This document shows positions 24,653 through 38,800 of a stretch of 64,000 nucleotides of DNA, in pieces. The notes below the pieces were generated by a model that saw nothing but the letters and a program-made list of their open reading frames with translations, did no database searches and was not told the origin of the DNA. The stretch comes from Callorhinchus milii (taxonomy: Eukaryota). The stretch is taken from assembly GCF_018977255.1 (NCBI RefSeq), contig NW_024704742.1, positions 82,276,001 to 82,340,000 of the forward strand, in the 5' to 3' direction. Position numbers and translations under genes: made by a program. Each line of letters starts with the position of its first letter. The stretch's first letter is position 1.

Positions 24653-26394
24653 GTTGACTTCAGTGGTTAAAAATTGTATAAGCTGCTCTGGTAAAATCTG
24701 GTTATCATTATTCTGTCACAGAATTGTTTTTATTTAATTGGAACCATGATTGAAGCATTTGATTAATACTTGAGTTTTTGAGTATTTATTACTTGTGGCA
24801 ACTAAAAACCCTCCAGTCTCCCTAACCTAGAATGTATGATGTCCAGTGTCACCAGCTAAGGAGTGCAATTAGTTCTTGATAAGCTTGATACTGTAATCAC
24901 CATAAATCTAACCCAGAAGATGAATTGTGCAGTGAACTTACTCCCTTTTTAAATGCTGAGATCTGTAATCCTTCCCCAATAATAACAATAATTGTAATAA
25001 TAATCGTTACATTTGATATTATGCCTTTCAGGTCAGAAGGATGCCTCAAAATGTTTTAAAGGATTAACTGTAAAGGATTAAGTCTTTGTACTTTGTAGGC
25101 GAAGGCGACAGCCAATTTACTTCGAATAATTCTTGCATTTAATATTAGTATCATCACTTTTTTGAGATGTCTCAATGCGCTTTACAGGAAATATAGGTGG
25201 ATTAAAATGGTGTGTGTATTTTGTGGGTGCGAATTTTCACACAGTATTACCTTCCAGACTTTCCTCCCATGTCCTAGCCAATGATGCCCCAGATAAAATT
25301 GATCATTCACTTTATGGCTACTTGTGGGACATGGCTGGGTGCAAATTGAATGCTGCCTTTGCCTACAAAATAAACAGTTTCTGTACTTTACAGCAAAATT
25401 ATGTGAAGCATTTCAAGATGTTCTCCTGCCATGAAAGGTGTTATATAAAATCCAAGGATTATTTTTTAACCTGAAAAAATGTTGATAAGACAAAGGTTTT
25501 GGAAGCATTTCAGTAATCATTGCCAATTCTATAAACACTATGGCAGAATAATTTGACCAAGATATTAACATTTATTTTCTTTTACCTTATCCAACAGGTA
25601 TCAATGACCCTCCTGAAAAGCCTCAATGTACACACTTGGAAGACAGAAATAAATAATTAATCAAGGTAAATAAATCGTTTTCTTTCTATGTTTAATTTCC
25701 TGACAAAAGTAGATGGTGAAATAAAAAAAACTGTCTCTTTGTGATTGATTGTTTCTGAAACCATTTTCAGGACTCCAGAGATAACGTTTTATACAGCTTC
25801 CTGAATAGAAACAACCTTTGTTAGATTAGCTTTGAGGCTATCCGTAAGAAAGCGGTAGTGCTAACACTGCCTGTGCTGTGTCAATTTCATCTAAATGTCA
25901 AAGATAATCTACAAAAGTCACATATTGATATCATATATTAGCATTTAATTACTTTGCATGTACATTGCATTGCAAAACATTCACTTAGAATAATTGTGTG
26001 ATGTAAGTTCAATTGCCTTCAGATCTCAATGTCTTTGTTCATTACATTAGATATCTAAAGCAATGAATAATTGAGTGTTAAGTTTTGCCTTATACATATT
26101 TTCCGCATGTGGTAGAACAAATTGTACCTTCAATGATTCACGTTCAGTGATCCTCAGCTTCAAATCAACACATTGTTGGCAGATCCAATAACAATAATAA
26201 CAATCCTTGTATTTGATATAGCACCTTATCACGTCTTCGAGATGTCTCAAAGCACTTCACAGAATATACTGTAAAGTGAATATGACTGTATATTTTGTGG
26301 GCGAAATATACACTAGTTCATAAAATAGCTACTTGATGTGAATTAGTGAATACTTTTTAAAATTGGAGAGGAAGTATATCTATGCAGCAGTGAC

Positions 26395-26790
26395 GACTGA
26401 ACGGATCGACTTCAAGATCCTTACACTCGTGTTCAAATCCATTCACTGCCTGGCACCTCCCTACCTCTCTGACCTCCTCACTCCCCAATCCATCACCCGG
26501 CGCCTCTACTCGACTGGCATCGGCCTCCTACTTGTTGCTTGCACCATCCTAGTAGATTTCAGCCACTAGGCCCCGAGGCTCTGGAACCCTTTCCTTCAAT
26601 CCCTCTGCCTTGCTCCCTCTCCCCTTTTTCAATCCTGCCTGAAAATCTTACTTTCAACAATGTTTACAGCGCCCACACCCCACCCAGCTCAGATTCAGTT
26701 TCTGCCACTGTTAAGCGCTCTGAGACGCTACCCTGCGTGGAGACAGTTTTCTTTATTTCACCATCTACTTTTGTAAGTGCAAGTTGTTAG
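26395..26790 (+). mobile_element. L2 3' fragment (tail type 2)
   Basis: TERIDFKILTLVFKSIHCLAPPYLSDLL; tail aagcgctctgagacgctaccctgcgtggag. Confidence 0.88.
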
Positions 26791-27519
26791 TAGATTTGAT
26801 TATTTTTAGTCATTTGAAGTGACGAGATGGCATTGCATTCAAAGCATATAACAGGGCTGGACTATAATCCTCAATTTACATGCAAGTTGTCTCACACTTG
26901 CCTCCAGCTCAGATGTTGAAGGTTCAAGCCCCACATTGAGATTTTCATCTCACACTCTCGGTGGGTGGACAATGCAATGTGCGGCTTAAATGCTACTTTC
27001 GTGAGAAGAATGTGGTTTGTACTGGGTGCAAATTATTTCATAAAGGTTAAGATGTTTACTGTGCAGAGGTCTCTTTTATTATTAATGCCCAAACCAAAAG
27101 GCTTTAATGGTTTTACTAAACCAATACTGGGTAGAGTGGCGACAATTGGGGATTGATCAGGTGCTGAGTGCTAAAAACAGCTGTCTTTAATTATAAACAA
27201 GTAATAAATTGGTTATAGTTATTGGTACTTGACACTCCCCAGAGTCACAAACATAGAACATTACAGCGTTCTGCTGCCTAACCTGGCCACTGAGACCAGA
27301 GATCAGGAGGCATCCTCATGATGTTTCAGTAATGCAACCCAGAGATCGAGGCTGAGAATTCATTAGTCTGATTGGATCAGCTACTCATACAAGCATAGAC
27401 TGTTACAGCACAGAAACGTTTAGCCCATCATGTCTGTGCTGGTGTTTTTCCTCCATATGAGCCACCAAATTTAATACCACTCACCTGATAATTATCACGG
27501 TTATCATAATAACTGATAT

Positions 27520-27890
27520 AAAAAATAATCTTCACATTTGATTTTGCGCCTTTCACTTTAGGAGGACGACTCAAAGAGCTTCTTAGGATTTACTGTAAAG
27601 TGTAGTGACTGTATTTTGTAGGTCAATGTGGTAGCCAAATTGACACTGCAATGCCCAACAAACAGCCATTGTATGTAATTTTATCTATGGAATTGTTGGG
27701 ATCTTTAATATCCACCTGATCAGGAAAAAGGTTTATGCCTTATCTGAGGAACAGCACCTGCTACAATGTGCTAACCAACACTGCTTTGGATCTTGGACTC
27801 TGTGAATTTAAAGACGCGATGTGGGGTTTGAACTCACAACCTTGTTTTCAGAGACAAGTGTGCTACCAGCTGAGCCAGGCTGCCACCTAG
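27520..27890 (-). mobile_element. Deu-domain SINE (family B)
   Basis: Reverse head gtttgaactcacaaccttg...gtgctaccagctgagccaggc and reverse tail at ~27525-27600. Confidence 0.75.
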
Positions 27891-28779
27891 TGTACATGAG
27901 GTTTTGAGTCAGTTCTTTATTTTACAAACTGGGGTAATCCTCAGCTATGTGCTTTTTCTGAGCCTTCTCAGGAGAATTCCCTTCACAGTGAGACAAATGC
28001 CTTTTCTGTTTGGGGAGCACATGTGGAGAGTAAATGGATGCAGGGCATTCAATCCTGCCAGCAGTGGGACAAAAAGAGTCTAGAATTAATTAGAGTACAT
28101 GCCTTCCATTGCTCTCTGCTGCTACTATTCCTATGGGCGGACAGTACCACATTAGTGATATATATATCAAGCAGGGAATGACTCTCACAAAGGTTTTCTG
28201 TCTCAAACAGACAGTGTGTCCAAAGTGATTAGCAGAAGGAGATTCCAGTTCAGTAAGTGGAGCCTGTGCTGTGATTTCAGCACCTCAATAATTCAAAGTG
28301 TGGTAACCTGTGAAATAGCTTTTTTTCCGTATTTGCACAAATGCATTGAACTTCTGCTGAGAGATGTTAGTGTACTGATAATAATAATCCTTACTCATCC
28401 GTGGATTATATATAGCATCTTTCATTTCGGAAGGACATCTGAAACACTTCACAGAATTTACTACAATGTGTAGTGACTGTACTTTGGTAGACAAACATGG
28501 CAGCCGCACATAGCAATTTCCCACAAACATGTATTCTTCACCTGAAAGGCTCTAAATAAATGGAAATTGTATTATATTATAATAAATCTTGCATTTGATA
28601 TAATGCCTTATCACATTGTTGAGACATCTCAAAGTGCTTCACAGAATATACTATAAAGTAAATTGACTGTATACTTTATCGGTGAATAAGTCACATTAAT
28701 CCTCAGATCTCTCCTTTAGATGAGAAATCTCATTTATCTGTAACAAAATCATTAGACAGTATTGCCTTACTGACACAAA

Positions 28780-29045
28780 CCTATGGATAAGACAGCCATC
28801 AAATCAGAAGGTTTTTCAGCCCCTTTGTTCTCAGCCTTCTAGAAATCTCAACCGCTGCACCACACACCCCCCCCTACCCACCCACCATAACAGTATTGAC
28901 ATTTTTTTCTTAAATTAATCATATGCCCTGGCCATAAGCCAACTTTTCTGGTTACCAGTTCCCAGCTATTGACAACCCTCTGTCTAAATAAATGCTTCCT
29001 GACAACTGCACTAACATTGCCCTTCACAACCTTGAGTTCATCCTT
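28780..29045 (-). mobile_element. Old CR1 3' fragment
   Basis: Minus-strand peptide VRKHLFRQRVVNSW (CR1 ORF2 C-terminus). Confidence 0.65.
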
Positions 29046-30314
29046 AATCCTCACAGAAACTCAATTCCTTACCAATACTCAGGGAATCCATTCTAGATTT
29101 CAGGCCAGTATCACATTTTGCTTTGAACTTGAAACATACATGAAGTGATGAACACATTTTTGGTGATGAAGAATGTCTAAGGTTTGCAATATTCGTTCCA
29201 ATTCTACAATGTGCTCCAAGCCCTCATTAATTATTCAGCCATGTATTAGTTAAAATGGCTGCTCATTGATTGTTGGATGAGATTACTCTGATGAGAGTAG
29301 TCACGGCTGGAATGGAGCTTACAGTGTGTCAGAATGTCTGCCTCTTTGGTTCCACATAACCAAGCTAGCACATCTCGCAAGTCCCAGTGGGTTTTTGAGA
29401 ATTATTCTGTTGAATCATACAACAATTCTATTACTGTCGAATGCTATGCCACTCTTTGACAATTTCAAAAGGCAAAGAAGTCTGAATTTTTTGTTGAATA
29501 TGTTTTCCCACATTTTCTTCTGCCTAAATTCATTTTCATTCTACTTAATTTTTTGAATTACTCCCAAACTCTTCAGTGAACTGCAAACCGGGGGTGGGAG
29601 TGGGGGCAGATTGTTTCCAGATACATTTATGGTTGCTCTGAAATTTCTAGCTTCTCGCTAAGACCAGTTGAAGTATACTGACATTGCAGTGGAGCCCCAT
29701 TCTAGAATGGTGTTTGGAAGCCATAAATTCCCATCCTGCATTATACTGACATAGGATAAGCTGCATTCAGACAATCAATTCACTCGCTACATGCTGGCCG
29801 GTGCCCAAAGAGGAAAAAGACTCTCTTCTGGGTCATTGGATCACTGTTGACATGCAAAACAGGAAGTGGTACCAACAACACCTGAATGACCTGGGAGTCG
29901 GCCATTTTATTACTAAAAGTCAGCCAGATGTGGGGATTGAATAGGTCGGATGCATATATTGCAGTACGGTTTTGGGGGGTGGGAGGGGTATGTTATCAAA
30001 TATATAAATAGTGTTTGAATTTGATATAGCTCTTTATTGCATTGTTGAGATGAGGATGTCTCAAATCATTTCACAGGATTTTACTGTCAGGTGCAAATGA
30101 CTGAATTTTAGGCAAATGCGACAATTTGTTCTGCGGTGAAGCACTCTGTAATAGGACCGCATTGTAATAATAATAATAATAATAATTACTTAAGATTGAC
30201 AACAAAGAACATTCAGCTCAGTGTGGTAATGGAATTCCAGGTGAAAGTCTCACAAAACGGAGTTTTTGTTGCAGTCTTGTAGAGGACAAGATGATCAAAA
30301 CTCACTTTTTGCAT

Positions 30315-30700
30315 GTTTGGGGTCAATTGTTAAAACTCATACCTCTGAGTCAGGAAATTATAGTTTCAAACCCAACGTTGGGACTTTGAGCCCATAGAGT
30401 AGGCTGACAATCCAGTTCAGTGCTAGGAAATCACTGCACTGTTGGAGGGCTCACCTTTCAGATTAAATGTTAATCCATGATCTCATCTGCCTATTCAGAT
30501 AGACAATTGGCACTGTTGGAAAAGAGAAAGGAGTTTCTCCCAATATCCTGTTTGTGGGACATTGTTGCATTCAAATTGACTTAAATTTTTGTCTAAAAAA
30601 TAATCACTCCACTTTTCAATAAATCCTGTAAAGCGCTCTGAGATGTCCTCCTAAAGGGAAAGATGCTATATCAAATGTTAATTGGTTTATTATTATTGTT
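30315..30700 (+). mobile_element. Deu-domain SINE (family B)
   Basis: cctctgagtcagg...ggctgacaatccag...ctgcactgttggagg...gagtttctcccaatatcctg; L2-type tail. Confidence 0.75.
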
Positions 30701-32340
30701 GTAGCTAGATGTTCTCATAAGTCACAACCTTTAACATTATTGCAATATCCCTCACTGACATTTATAAAAATTGGAACTATTGTTTTAGCGAAAATAATAT
30801 ATTTCAACTTTCAAAAGATAAACCACCCACTGGTACACATTTGTAAAATGCAAGCAACACCTCTGATTACATAACAGTACATAGAAACCCAGTTGTTAAT
30901 CGATTGGCACACCGCTTTCCAGAGCTAATTTTCCCTCAAAATCCACGACCCTTTGTAGGCCACTGCTCTGCACAATTGGCTGCCGAGTTTTATCCACAAA
31001 ATAAACAGTCAAACCACTTGACAATATATTCTGTGAAGCACTTAGAGATGTCTCAATGATGTGATAAAAATGGAAGGATTATTATTACTATTAACACCCA
31101 GATAGTCAAAAGTGTAAATTGTCAGGGAACATTGTGTCAGAACAGTGTGTCAGGCTGGCATTCTTGCCTCTGGAAGGATGAGATCAAATGGGCTGATCAA
31201 ACCGATCTTGTGATTCCCTGTGTTTACAGTATGTCACGTTAAGTCTGTTCTCCTCTGGAATAAAATTTGCCTCCATCACTTGCCCATTGATGACAGCATA
31301 GAATATTGCCACTGTTTAAACTTTAAAGAAAGTCCATGATCTGTCCAAGACTGGACATGAAAATTAAGCATTTCAGTGGATTATGTGTAATAAAAAATAT
31401 GTTTAATTTTTGACTGATGCTTCAGTGCAGAATTGGACTTTTTTGGGAGACAAAAAGCAAAATCTTAATGGACTACTGTCTGCTATTGTATAGCCTTAAA
31501 CTCAGTCACCCCAAGAAAACTGTATCCTGGAAGGAATACCGTCAGGAATACAGTTTTTTCCATATATAATTCCTTTCCTATTCCCCCCATCCCCCGCCTG
31601 CACTAAACAGCTTTTTGGCAGTCTTTTTCGTAAGAAGCTTGTCAGCTAGAAAATTTTAGATAATCATTGAGGCAGTGCTTATTCATTATGCATATTTGTA
31701 CTGTTTGTCTGCATACTATTTGCATAATTCATATGTTGTGACGATTTGGATAGTAAGCTTATCCACACAAAAATTACTTCTGGTCATATATTATATCACA
31801 TACTAGAGTAGAGTTTGATATTGTTCTCTTCCCAGCAATTTTTGATACTGTACGTTGTAAAATTAATTTGTGCCATTTTGCAAGCTCCGAGAAGTCACAT
31901 GATGCTGGAAATCTTTCTACCCAATGTATTCAGGGCAAAAAGTTAAATATTGCTCCTATTTCTTTGTCACCCACTGAACTCAGCTCTTTACTCTCTTAAT
32001 TTCGTTTTCCATATTTGCAGGATTTCATAAGTCTGATTTTTGGGGGTGGGGATTGCAATGTGACTCACTTCTCACATCACATCATGAATGAAGCTTCCAT
32101 TTCATGCTTTGAATTCTATTTATGAATATCCGGCATTTGTTGAGTCCTGTAGCTCAGTGGTCAGAGCACTCGCCTCGCAAATATTTGTCTCATTTAGTTC
32201 GAGAATCTATTTTGGATTCTGCCTCATCTATCCTTTTCTGGCAGAGAATTTTAAATCTGAACAAATGTCCATATAAAAACCTTCCCTCTGTGCTTTATTT
32301 TAGTAATGGACATCAAAGTTTATACCTGTATTTGTACGTA

Positions 32341-32722
32341 GAGTCATGTATCTTAGTAGTTAGAGCACTCGCCTCGCAAGCGAAAGACCTGGGTTTGATT
32401 CCTGGCAGGGCGAAACGTTGGGCAAGTTTCCTTACTCCACACACCTCTGTTTATCTTGCAGTAAGTAGGTATCGGTTGTTAGTAATTGGCAGATCCTTTT
32501 TCCAGGGGTAATAATTCCTTCAAAAAATATTAATAATAATAAATTGGTCACTTCAATCCATGACAGTTTATGGGACACCGCTGTGCGCAATTGGCTGCTG
32601 CGTTTTTCCCACACAATATACAGTCAGTTCACTTTACAGTATATTCTGTGAAGCGCTTTGAGACATTTCAAAGATGTGAAAAGGCGCTCTATCAAATGCA
32701 AGGATTATTATTATTATTATTA
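32341..32722 (+). mobile_element. SINE family A, full-length
   Basis: agagcactcgcctcgcaagcgaaagacctgggtttgattcctggcagggcgaaac, CORE-like block, tail and (ATT)n; an isolated head fragment lies just upstream at 32142-32180. Confidence 0.93.
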
Positions 32723-32744
32723 TCACAATACATCTTATGTGTGT

Positions 32745-33095
32745 CAACCTGGTATAGTCATTGGTAGCACTCTTGCCTGAGAGTCAGAAGGTTGTGGATT
32801 CCAGCTCCACATCAGACTTCAAACTCACAGCCTATGCTGACATTCCAATGAAGGTCCTGTCCTTCAGATGAAATGTTAAAATTGAGGCTCTGCCTGCCTG
32901 TTCAGAGAGACGTTAAAGATTTCATGGTACTATTTTATAATAGAATGGAGTTTGTCACAGAGTCCAAGCCAGCCATCCCATGAATAAAAATTGGTTACTC
33001 ACTTCATGGCTGTTTGTGGGATATTGCTGTGTGCAATCGATGACATCCTTTGAGACATCCTTCTGATGTGAAAGTTGCTGTATTAATATAAATTG
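32745..33095 (+). mobile_element. Deu-domain SINE (family B)
   Basis: ttggtagcactcttgcctgagagtcagaaggttgtgg...gacgttaaagatttcatggtactatt. Confidence 0.8.
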
Positions 33096-33964
33096 TGTAT
33101 ATTGTTGCTGTCCTTGTTCCACCCAACTCTCCTCAGCACTACCATTACTCCATATTTAGAAGATCCCTTCCTGAAGATTGTGTTTGCTTCTACCTTTTAC
33201 CATCCACCTTTATGGCCTTTCATGGGTTCATGTGTGTTACAGTGTGGTTCATGGCCACGTCATCTCTAATTGTGCAGTTTCTGTACCAGTTATAGCATGG
33301 AAGTGAGTTGAGGCTCAAAACGTTCTTAATTTCTTATCAGTAAAAAGAGGAAACTTCCTCCCATTTGGCCAGGCTGGATATGAATGTAGTTGAAAGGAGT
33401 GTGATGATCCAAACTAAATTACTTACCAGTTTCCATCAAGCCATAAATTATATTGACACGTCTCATTCTTACTTTGGGTCAACTATTAATACTTTGTGAA
33501 GTTTGTATGTTCCTATGGATCATTAAGAGGGAGCAAGATATGAAAATCAATGGTACAGAGTACAGGAAAAAGAGCACAAGGTTATCTTAGATCAGTGGGG
33601 TGTGCTACAAGCGTCGAACACGGCTGCCAATTTGTGCAAAAGAAACTCCCTTCTCTTTTCAAATAGTACCAAGGCCACCTTAATGCCCACCTAAGTAGAC
33701 ATACCTCAGTGAAAGGAGCCTCCTTTTAATGTCTCATCCGAAGGACCTCCACAGCACTGCAATGCTGTGTCATTGTCAGTTTAGATGATAAGCTCAAAGA
33801 TTTCAAAGTGCTTCGCATGATTTATTGTAAGGCGCATTGACTTGCAGTTTTGTAGGCAAATGCAGCAGTAAATTTGCACACACCAATGTGTCACAAACAA
33901 CCATGACTAATTTTACGTGGAGGATATCTACTAGTGCTTCATAGCACAATACTGACTAACACAG

Positions 33965-34836
33965 ATCTGCTGCGCATTTCTTGATCCCTTTGTGTCACCA
34001 TTGGTGGCCATGCCTTCATCAGCTACACCCTTAACCTCTGGAACTCCTTGCTTCAATCCCTCTACTTTATCCTCTCTTCGTAGATTTTTAAATATCACCT
34101 GAAGTCCTACCTCTTCGACTGTCCCTGTGGTCACTTCTTCTGCTCTCTCTTGCTTCATTACATTGATTACAACGAGGCTTAACTATGCAAACTCACCACT
34201 TGTCGGCCTCCCCAACTTCTCCCTCCACAGGTTGCAGATCATCCAGATCCCTGCAGCCCGTGTCCTTTCCCGCACTAGGCTCCGAGACTCTATCACCCCC
34301 ATCCTCGCCGAACTCCACTGGCTTCCCATCACACAGAGGATGAAAGTTCAAGCTCCTGGCCCTCACCTTCAAAGCCCTCCATGGTCTTGCTCCCCCCTAC
34401 CTCTCTGACCTCCTAAACCTCAACCATCCTGTTCGCTCCCTCCACTCAGCGGGCTCCGGCCTGCTTCATGTCCCCCGCTTCGCTCACCCCACTATCAGTA
34501 GGCGGGTCTTCCACCACTCTGCATCCATCCTCTGGAACTCCATCCCACAGTCCCTCCAACTCGCCCCCTCCCTCACCACTTTCAAGACCCACCTCAAGAT
34601 CCTCCTCTTCAACCGTGCTTTCGATCTCCCTGCTTCCCCCTGCCCTCCCCCACCCCAACTCTCAGTTCGGGTCCATAACTCTGTCTCTCCAGCACCTTGG
34701 GATGTCCTCCCGACGTGAAAGGTGCTACATAAATGTCATTTTGTTGTTGTTGTTGCTTGGTATCGAACTCCACCAGCACTCCGAGACATGATCCAGCATG
34801 AAGGGTGCTATATAAATGCAATATGTTGTTGTTGTT
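33965..34836 (+). mobile_element. Stack of L2 3' fragments (33965-34140; 34150-34755 with tail type 1; 34772-34836 tail type 2)
   Basis: TRLNYANSPLVGLPNFSLHRLQIIQ..LHWLPITQR; two successive L2 tails, each ending in (GTT)n. Confidence 0.88.
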
Positions 34837-35874
34837 ACTGTGGAAACAACTGATGGCTGGTGGAGGAATGGTGGAGTTGAGGAGACATAAATTTCAGGAT
34901 TCACTAGCTTTCATCCATAATTGATTTCAAGGAGCTCGTAATACATTCCTAATGTTAATTAATTCAGAAGAGTACAATACACAATTACATTTAGAGTTCA
35001 GGTTAAGATCAGAGAAAAACATATACAAGGAATTCCAGGGCTCTGTGTATACCCTCAGCAATGAACTGTGTTTTGAAGTTTTGCCTGTTGTTCTAGATGA
35101 GCCAAAATATGCAGAATTTTTTTTTAATTCAAGTTAATTTAAATCATTTCACAATGACATATTTGGTGCCTTTCTGCCGTCGTATATCCTTTTCAGAATT
35201 GAATGGTCATATTGCAACAGTAAAATTGGTTTTAGCTTTTATTCAAAAAATCTTGCAGGGAATGAATAACCTGAGTGTGCACCTGCTTTCTAATGTTAGT
35301 GAAAGTTCAGCTCCATCTGAAAAATATCGCAATAACATTATGAGAAAATCAAAACTGAAATCTGATAATTGCTTGTGAATCGCAGCAGTACTTATATAGC
35401 ATCAACAGTTACTTAAGTGAGTTAAATTTCCTTACTCAACCTCTGCACAGCCATCAAACCTCGACTGCTAGCAATTGATTTGCTGTTTCTGAAGCAAGTC
35501 ATTTTTTCTAGCTTCTAACCATTGAGAAAGTCAGATTGAATTCCCTGAAGCGCTTCTATATCTGGGGTAGTTAACAAGCAGTCAAAAGTGAATCCTGCTT
35601 TTATTATTCTTTTAATATTTCTTACCTTCTTCATATTGAACTTCAGCATATTATGATTTTAAGCAGATTAGTTTATTATTGAAAAGCATATCCTGGTGGT
35701 TATTGTTTTCATTTTTGAAATTTCCAGCGAATTCTCCGGAAGAAATCCAAATCAGGTTCTGTGCTTGTACTAATTGTAATTTGGATTTGTACTAAACCCA
35801 AACTGTGGACAATCAGAAATGTGGGGGGGCCGAGCGGGGCGTGGGGAGGGAATCTGCTTAATCTTCTGAAAGGA

Positions 35875-38800
35875 CAAACAACAACAACTTGGATTTATAT
35901 AGCGCCCTCCACGCTGGACAGTGTCTCAGAGCACTTCACAGTAATGGATCCTGGGGCCGAGCCAGGGGGAGGGGGAGGGGGAGGAAGGTGACCAAAGGCG
36001 CGGTCGAAACGAAAGGTCTTCAGCCGAGACCTGAAAGTGGGAAGAGAGGGAGCGAAGCGAATGGAGTGAGAAAGGGAGTTCCAGAGCCTCGGGGCATAGT
36101 GGCTGAAGGCACAGCCGCCGATGGTGGAGCAGAGGATTCAGGGGACAAGGAGGAGGCCAGACACGGTGGAGCGAAGGCAACTGGCACTGTTGTGCGGAGA
36201 GAGGAGGTCAGAGAGTTAGGGGGTTGCAGAGGAGTGGACGGATTTGAAGACAAGGGTGAGGATCTTGAAGTCGATCCTCTCTGGGACAGGCAGCCAGTGC
36301 AGTCTGGTAAGGACTGGGGCAATCAGGGAGTGGAGTTTCGTGCGGTTAAAAATGTGGGCGGCAGAATTTTGTATGAATGGTAGTGGAGGGGAGACCGGCG
36401 AGGAGGGCGTTTCAATAGTCCAACCGAGAGGTGACAAAGGCATGGACCAGAGTTTCAGCGGCTTTTGGAGTGACGTATTGGCGGAGACGGGCGATGCATC
36501 GGAGGTGGAAGAAAGCGCTGCTGGTGAGGGACTGGATGTGGGGGAGGAAGGATAATTGGGGGTCGAACCTGATGCCAAGGTTGTGTACGGGTTTGGAGAG
36601 TTTTAGAGGGAGATCGGGTAGGTGGAGGAAGTGAGAACCATGTGATTTTAGATGTTGACGAGAGCCAAAAAATATGGCTTCCATCTTGTCAACGTTCAGC
36701 TGAAGGAAGTTTGCACTCATCCAGCCCCTGAGGTCTGACAGGCAGACTGACAGAACATCAGGGGACTGGGGGTCGCAAAGTGAGGTGGAAAAATAAAGTT
36801 GGGTGTTGTCCGCATACATGTGGAAATGTTCCCCATGTCTGCGAATGACATCCCCAAGAGGGAGCATGTAGAGCAGAAAGAGGAGGGGGCCAAGGATGGA
36901 TCCTTGGGGTACCCCGCAGCTGACTGGGTGAGAGTGGGAGGAGAAGCTGTTTGTGCAGATGTACTGCTGGCGGTTTGTGAGGTAGGACTTGATTCAGGCG
37001 AGTGGATGACGGAGGAGGATGGCGTGATCGACTGCGTTGAACGCGGTGGCGAGGTCCAGGAGAACAAGGAGGCAGAGGGAGCCCTGGTTACAGATAGAGA
37101 GGATGTCATTTGTGACTTTCACAAGTGCAGTCTCTGTACTGTGGACAGGGCGGAAACCGGACTGGAAGGGTTCGAAGAGGAATTGAGAGGAGAGGTGTGC
37201 GCGAAGTTGATTGGCAACAACAATTTTGCGAGGAAGGACAGGTTTGAAATAGGGCAGTAGTGGCTAGGGTTTGAGGGACCAAGGGAAGGTTTTTGAGGCG
37301 GGGTGTGATGACAGCAGTTTTGAGGGGGGCTGATCCAGAGGAGAGGGACTGGTTGATGATGTCAGCCAGTAGTGGGCATAGAAGGGGAGCTGGGTGACCA
37401 GCAAGTTGGTGGGGAGGGGGTCGAGGCAGCAGGTGGTTGGCTTCATTGAGGTCATGGTGGGTGAGAGGGAGGAAGGAGGGATGGGGAGGAAGGAATGTAG
37501 GATGAGGGTCATGGTAGGAGCTGATGAGGAGGAGGGTGAGGAGGAGAGAGAGAGGGGGTAGTGGTGGTGACAAGAGGCAGGTGGAATAGGCTGCCTGGCA
37601 GATGTTGTGTATTTTGGATGAAAAGAATTCCATGAGCTCCTCGCACTTGGCATTGGATGTGAAGATTGAGGAGGCCTGAGGGGGGGCACGGAGGAGGTAG
37701 TGGGTGATGGGAAAAAAAGGATTTTAGGATTGTTTTTAGCCTCCAAGATGATGTTAGAGTAGAAGGCCGTTTTCGTGCGTGTCAAAGAAAGGCAGTAGCT
37801 GTGGAAATGCTCGAGCCACAGTTGGCGGTGGACTGTCATGCCAGTTTTCTGTCATCTGCGCTTAAGCAGCCAGATTTGGGTTTTTAGGGAGAGGAGACGA
37901 TTATTATACCAGGGGGTTCGGATGGGTGTGGAGATGGTCCTGGATTTCAGGGGGACGAGGGAGTTGAAGGTGGAGGAGAGGTGATCATGGAGCAGCAGGA
38001 CGGCTGCTTCAGGTTCTCCATGGATGGAAGGCCAGAGGGATTGGATATTTAAGGTTGTGAGGGCCTTTGTGAGGGTCTCATCGTGTAGTATTTTCCATGG
38101 GCGGTAGAGAATGGTTGAGGGCTTAGTGAAGGAGAGAGGGAATTGAGAGGACAAGGAGATGAGGAAGTGGTCCGAGGTGGCCTTGTCTACTATGCTAAGG
38201 TCGGAAATGTCAAGGCCATGGGTGATAACAAGGTCGAGGGGCAAGGCCGCAGTTGTGAGTTAGTGAATTTATGTGAAGGATGAGGTTTAGAGAGGAGAGG
38301 AGGACAGTGAAGTCGGAAGAAGTGGTGCAAGGGGAGTTTAGGTGGAGGTTGAAATCACCCATTATGAGCAGGCATTCGCTTAGAGGGACAGGGAAGAGAG
38401 GAGAGTAGAGAGGAAGGTGCCGGGGGGCTTAGGGGGGTGGTAGACTAGGAGGATTTTCACTGGGAAAGAGGGATGGAAGAGGGTGAGGTGCTCAAAGGAG
38501 GGGAAGCAGCCAGAGGAGTTGGGGATAAGACCAAGGGGGACTTTGGAGATGAGGGCCACCCCGCCGTCACTTTGGTTTGGACGGGGGGTGTGGTGGAAGG
38601 AGTAGCCTGGAAGGGAGGCTTCAAATAGGGGGATGGGGTCACTGGGGGAGAGCCAGGTTTCTCTGAGCCCAAGAATGTCGAGGTACTCATCCAGGATGAG
38701 GTCATGGACGGTGAGGGCTTTGTTTGAGAGGGAACAGACATTTTGGAGGGAATTGCAGGTGGGTTTGCTGGAGGGAGGAGAGAGTGATGCAGAGAGGATT

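Noticed and set aside
29296..29325. CTGATGA as a second hammerhead core (similar words at ~42706 and ~62199)
   Set aside because: There is no correctly placed GAAA with helices I and II.
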